Shown here: piece after piece, positions 21,345 through 24,000 of the stretch
Layout of the letters: every line of letters starts with the position of its first letter
Position numbering within the stretch: position 1 is the stretch's first letter
From: Gammaproteobacteria bacterium
GTDB taxonomy: Bacteria > Pseudomonadota > Gammaproteobacteria > Steroidobacterales > Woeseiaceae
Assembly (NCBI GenBank): GCA_024640305.1
Contig: JAHEFG010000001.1
Location: 203,476 to 227,475 of the forward strand
Direction: 5' to 3'
Length of the DNA: 24,000 nucleotides
Made by a program: the position numbers and the translations under genes
The notes under the pieces: generated by a model
Database searches by the model: none
What the model was told of the DNA's origin: nothing
What the model saw: only the letters and a program-made list of their open reading frames with translations

Positions 21345-21746
21345 CTAAAAGAGACGCTCGATGTCTTGTTTGACAGCCTCCTCGGCCTTTTCAAGGTCTG
21401 ACTGCAGGTCTTCGATTTCCTGCCGCAGAGGCCTCGTCAGGACCGCTGACTGTGCATTCCACTCCATGCTGGGCACCGTGAGGCCCGCTGCGACCGGCTC
21501 GGTTCTGCCCGGCTGTGGTTCGGGCGCCTGCAGGTTGATAGCCACAATAATTGTCGCAGCAACTGCAACACCAGTCAGGCTACTGACCCACCAGAACCAC
21601 GCAGGCCGCGTTTCTGCAACCGGTTGCTGAGCCGCTTGCACCTGGATTCCCTGCAATGAAGCTTCAATTCGGTTATTGAGTTCATCAGAAACGGTACATT
21701 CAATTTGAGCTGCGTCGTCGCGCAGTCGTTTGGCGAGCTTATCCAT
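21345..21746 (-). CDS. Putative membrane-anchored anti-sigma factor (single TM), uncharacterised
   Basis: It lies immediately downstream of, and overlaps, the ECF sigma gene. An ATG at 21746 gives an ATGGATAA overlap, and an alternative ATG lies at 21761. One TM segment (WFWWVSSLTGVAVAATIIVAINL) sits between a short cytoplasmic N-terminus and an extracytoplasmic C-terminus. There is no HxxxCxxC zinc motif, so the call rests on position and topology only. Confidence 0.45.
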   Translation of the reverse strand: MDKLAKRLRDDAAQIECTVSDELNNRIEASLQGIQVQAAQQPVAETRPAWFWWVSSLTGVAVAATIIVAINLQAPEPQPGRTEPVAAGLTVPSMEWNAQSAVLTRPLRQEIEDLQSDLEKAEEAVKQDIERLF

Positions 21747-22287
21747 AGGCTTTTCTCTCATTAGCCGCTGTTTCGCGGTTTAGATCAGCATCGAGTGCTT
21801 TTCGGCCCCGTAACAAGTTGACCTTGGTCCACGATACGGAGCGTTCCAGGACAGAGGAAATATCTTTAACCGACATATCTTCGACATAGCGAAGCCACAT
21901 CGCTGCGTACACCTCATCGCTAAACAGGCGACGTGCTGTCAGCCATAAATTCGACCTTTCTGATGCGGCGATGCAATGCAGCAGCGGATCGTTTTCTGCA
22001 TCACTCAGCTCGCCGATTTCTATTGTCGGTGGTGTGTAATTTTTCGCGGCGTTGTTAATGGCAATGCGGTACAGCCAGGTGCTGAAACGCCATCTCGGAT
22101 CGTAGCTGTTGAGGTACCGATAGGCGTTGATCAACGTATCCTGCAGCGCATCCTCCGCGTCGGCGTAACTGGAAGAGCGCGTCAGAAGAAAACGCAGCAG
22201 GCCCTCACGATATGAGCGCACAAGGTCGGAAAACGCACTCGCCGAACCATTTTTTGCCGCCGCTATGAGTGCCGCCTCGTTGCTCAC
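21739..22287 (-). CDS. ECF (group 4) sigma-70 family RNA polymerase sigma factor
   Basis: GTG start at 22287 with a GGAG 9 nt upstream. Region 2: DAEDALQDTLINAYRYLNSYDPRWRFSTWLYRIAINNAAKN. Region 4 helix-turn-helix: MSVKDISSVLERSVSWTKVNLLRGRKAL. Confidence 0.88.
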   Translation of the reverse strand: MSNEAALIAAAKNGSASAFSDLVRSYREGLLRFLLTRSSSYADAEDALQDTLINAYRYLNSYDPRWRFSTWLYRIAINNAAKNYTPPTIEIGELSDAENDPLLHCIAASERSNLWLTARRLFSDEVYAAMWLRYVEDMSVKDISSVLERSVSWTKVNLLRGRKALDADLNRETAANERKAYG

Positions 22288-22313
22288 ACCTGCTCCGCTT
22301 TACCTTGTTACGA

Positions 22314-23237
22314 CTAGTCGATGATTTCCATAATTGTTTCTGGGTCCATTGCGATCTTGACCGTTAACACCGTGCCATCGGTATCGACGCTGGTACTCTG
22401 TAGCAGGGTCGCGATTTCCGGATCCAGGCTGTCATTGAATATTTGTAGACTGATAAGACCACGCACAATGCTTGCCAGCGAGTCTGCCATTTCTTTTTCT
22501 GCTGTCCTGAGCTGAACTTCAATAGCTATCTTGCCCTTCTCATCGGCGACGATCACCGCAGCCTGCTCGGTATTGCGCAGAATGTTGGAGTCCCAGTCGA
22601 GGTCTTCTCCCAGGTCTCCTGCTTTAACGCCGGCCTGCATCAAGCTGCGCTCAGCATTCAGTATTAACAGAGCACCGTTTGAACTTTTTGTGCCCGGATG
22701 TTTGCCGTTATTTGCAAGCATTGTCTTCATGTCTGCTTCTGTCACCGCGACCAGGATCTTGTTCTTCACGGCAAAACTAAAATAGGCGCCATCATCAAAC
22801 GAGTCGATATCAATATCGATGTTCGAGCTGCCTTCGTGATCATCGTTCTCGCCAACGAAGTAGTATGTTTTACTACCAGAGCCGAGCTTGTCGAGCGTTC
22901 CGGACACTCCGGCGATCGCCATCACCTTGTCCTTGGTTTCCTGGCTGATATTGCCTTCGATCACCATAACGACGTTTTCACCTGTGGTTGCAAACGCGGT
23001 GATCTGGTCGGTCTCTTTTTCGAGGTCAATACCGGTTTCTTCAAGAAACTCGTCAAAAACCTCGTCCTGCAGCCACGCATAAAGACGCTTCCCGGCTTCG
23101 CTGGAACGCATCTCTTCGAGGTCAACATGGAAATACCACTTCGATGTCTCAGGAAAATCGTCTGGATCTAACGCTGCCAGTAGTGTTGCCGGAGCGAAGA
23201 AAATCAGGGCAATTAGCAGATATCGTAAAAAACGCAT
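22314..23237 (-). CDS. Secreted acidic hypothetical protein
   Basis: ATG at 23237. Signal peptide MRFLRYLLIALIFFAPATLLAAL|DPDD. The mature protein is rich in D and E and shows no motif I recognise. It lies 26 bp upstream of the ECF sigma gene, so it is probably co-transcribed. Confidence 0.6.
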   Translation of the reverse strand: MRFLRYLLIALIFFAPATLLAALDPDDFPETSKWYFHVDLEEMRSSEAGKRLYAWLQDEVFDEFLEETGIDLEKETDQITAFATTGENVVMVIEGNISQETKDKVMAIAGVSGTLDKLGSGSKTYYFVGENDDHEGSSNIDIDIDSFDDGAYFSFAVKNKILVAVTEADMKTMLANNGKHPGTKSSNGALLILNAERSLMQAGVKAGDLGEDLDWDSNILRNTEQAAVIVADEKGKIAIEVQLRTAEKEMADSLASIVRGLISLQIFNDSLDPEIATLLQSTSVDTDGTVLTVKIAMDPETIMEIID

Positions 23238-23296
23238 TTGCGCATCCTCAAGTTTGGCTTCTGTTACTTGCTTATAGCGCCGGCCAACACGAAAGG

Positions 23297-24000
23297 TTAC
23301 AAATTATTGGCGGCAGCCCTTTGTGTCACCAAACTGACCAGCAGCGTTACGATAATACCAACCACAAACCCTGGAACGGCCTCATAGAGCCCGTAGGCCT
23401 GTTCTTTGAACTCGAGCATCCATATGACGCTGGTCAGGAAACCTGCCAGCATGCCGGACAGGACACCGGCGCGCGTCGTCTTCTTGTAGTACAACAGGCA
23501 AATCAAAACGGGGCCAAAAGCGGCACCAAGCCCGGACCATGCGAACAGCACGAAATAGAAGATGAACTGTGCTTCCGGAATCGCGAATGCGATAGCCGCA
23601 ATACCAATAATGATGGTTACGATCTTGCCGTAGACGGACAACGCACGATCGCTTTTCTTGCTACCGAGTATTTTCTGCATTGTGTCGCGGACAATCGCCG
23701 AAGACGCGAGCAGTAACAATGAATCTGCTGTCGACATAATCGCCGACAAGACGATGACCAGCAGGACACCGGATATCAGCGGCGGGAACAGCTCGGTCGC
23801 CAGTTTCGGGAAGATCGTTTCCGAATCTTCGATCCCTGGAAACAATGCGCGCCCTGCGATGCCGGCCGTCACGGCACCAATTGTAAAGACCAGTGTTATG
23901 CCCACCGAAACATAGCGCGCCTTGACCAGTTCGCCATCATCGCGCGCGGACATAAAGCGGACGAGTAATTGCGGTACGCCCAGAAACGGCAGGCCGATCG
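23297..24000 (-). CDS. Sodium:solute symporter family (SSF, PutP/PanF-like) transporter, C-terminal part; gene continues beyond the window
   Basis: The frame stays open to nt 24000. Upstream of the tracked Met it reads IGLPFLGVPQLLVRFMSARDD, matching the SSF signature around ...RFM.A. Downstream are multiple TM segments (LSAIMSTADSLLLLASSA). Stop codon at 23297-23299. Confidence 0.8.
   Translation of the reverse strand, partial: IGLPFLGVPQLLVRFMSARDDGELVKARYVSVGITLVFTIGAVTAGIAGRALFPGIEDSETIFPKLATELFPPLISGVLLVIVLSAIMSTADSLLLLASSAIVRDTMQKILGSKKSDRALSVYGKIVTIIIGIAAIAFAIPEAQFIFYFVLFAWSGLGAAFGPVLICLLYYKKTTRAGVLSGMLAGFLTSVIWMLEFKEQAYGLYEAVPGFVVGIIVTLLVSLVTQRAAANNL

Noticed and set aside
1-24000. 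A scan for CRISPR arrays, tandem or interspersed repeats, tRNA, rRNA or other ncRNA genes, insertion sequences and integrases.
   Set aside because: Non-coding DNA totals only a few hundred bp, in segments of at most about 195 bp. None shows repeat-spacer periodicity, cloverleaf potential or terminal inverted repeats. No transposase- or integrase-like ORF is present in any frame.

Overview
The window is densely packed and almost entirely coding, with about 55% GC by eye. It looks like a Gammaproteobacteria-type chromosomal region, but taxon is inferred from protein similarity only. I found no tRNA or rRNA, no CRISPR array, no transposase or integrase, and no large repeats.

Left two-thirds (73-16326): an accessory-looking metabolic island of 14 genes in five transcription units. 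Six of the 14 genes have nucleoside- or nucleotide-handling folds.
- Operon A (+): lipoprotein 5'-nucleotidase, XylB-like aryl-alcohol dehydrogenase, GabD-like aldehyde dehydrogenase, and a truncated thymidylate-synthase-fold protein. The last junction is an ATGA stop/start overlap.
- A convergent Udp-like nucleoside phosphorylase (-).
- Operon B (+): an unusual PfkB sugar/nucleoside kinase fused to a Qng1/DUF2419 (queuosine-salvage, nucleotide N-glycosylase) domain, then a KGSADH-type aldehyde dehydrogenase and a LysR regulator.
- Operon C (-): a YjjI-family glycyl-radical enzyme and its YjjW-family radical-SAM activase.
- Operon D (+): a probable lipoprotein amidohydrolase (MtaD/TrzA-like deaminase family), a small membrane protein and a zinc-ribbon hotdog thioesterase.
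- deoB (-).

Right third (16341-24000), all on the minus strand: a strong intrinsic terminator, then an A-type haem-copper oxidase cluster (subunit II with two fused cytochrome c domains, subunit I, two subunit III paralogues, subunit IV). Upstream of that lie an ECF sigma factor, a putative anti-sigma factor and a secreted acidic protein, followed by the 3' part of a sodium:solute symporter that runs off the window.

Best candidate for an undescribed system: the nucleoside island. Its most notable parts are the kinase-Qng1 fusion (a phosphorylate-then-deglycosylate module analogous to PsuK/PsuG), the truncated TS-fold protein coupled to alcohol and aldehyde dehydrogenases, and the function-unknown YjjI/YjjW glycyl-radical pair. 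In E. coli that pair also sits beside the deo genes. All functional calls rest on motif recognition by eye and recalled family sequences. No searches were run.
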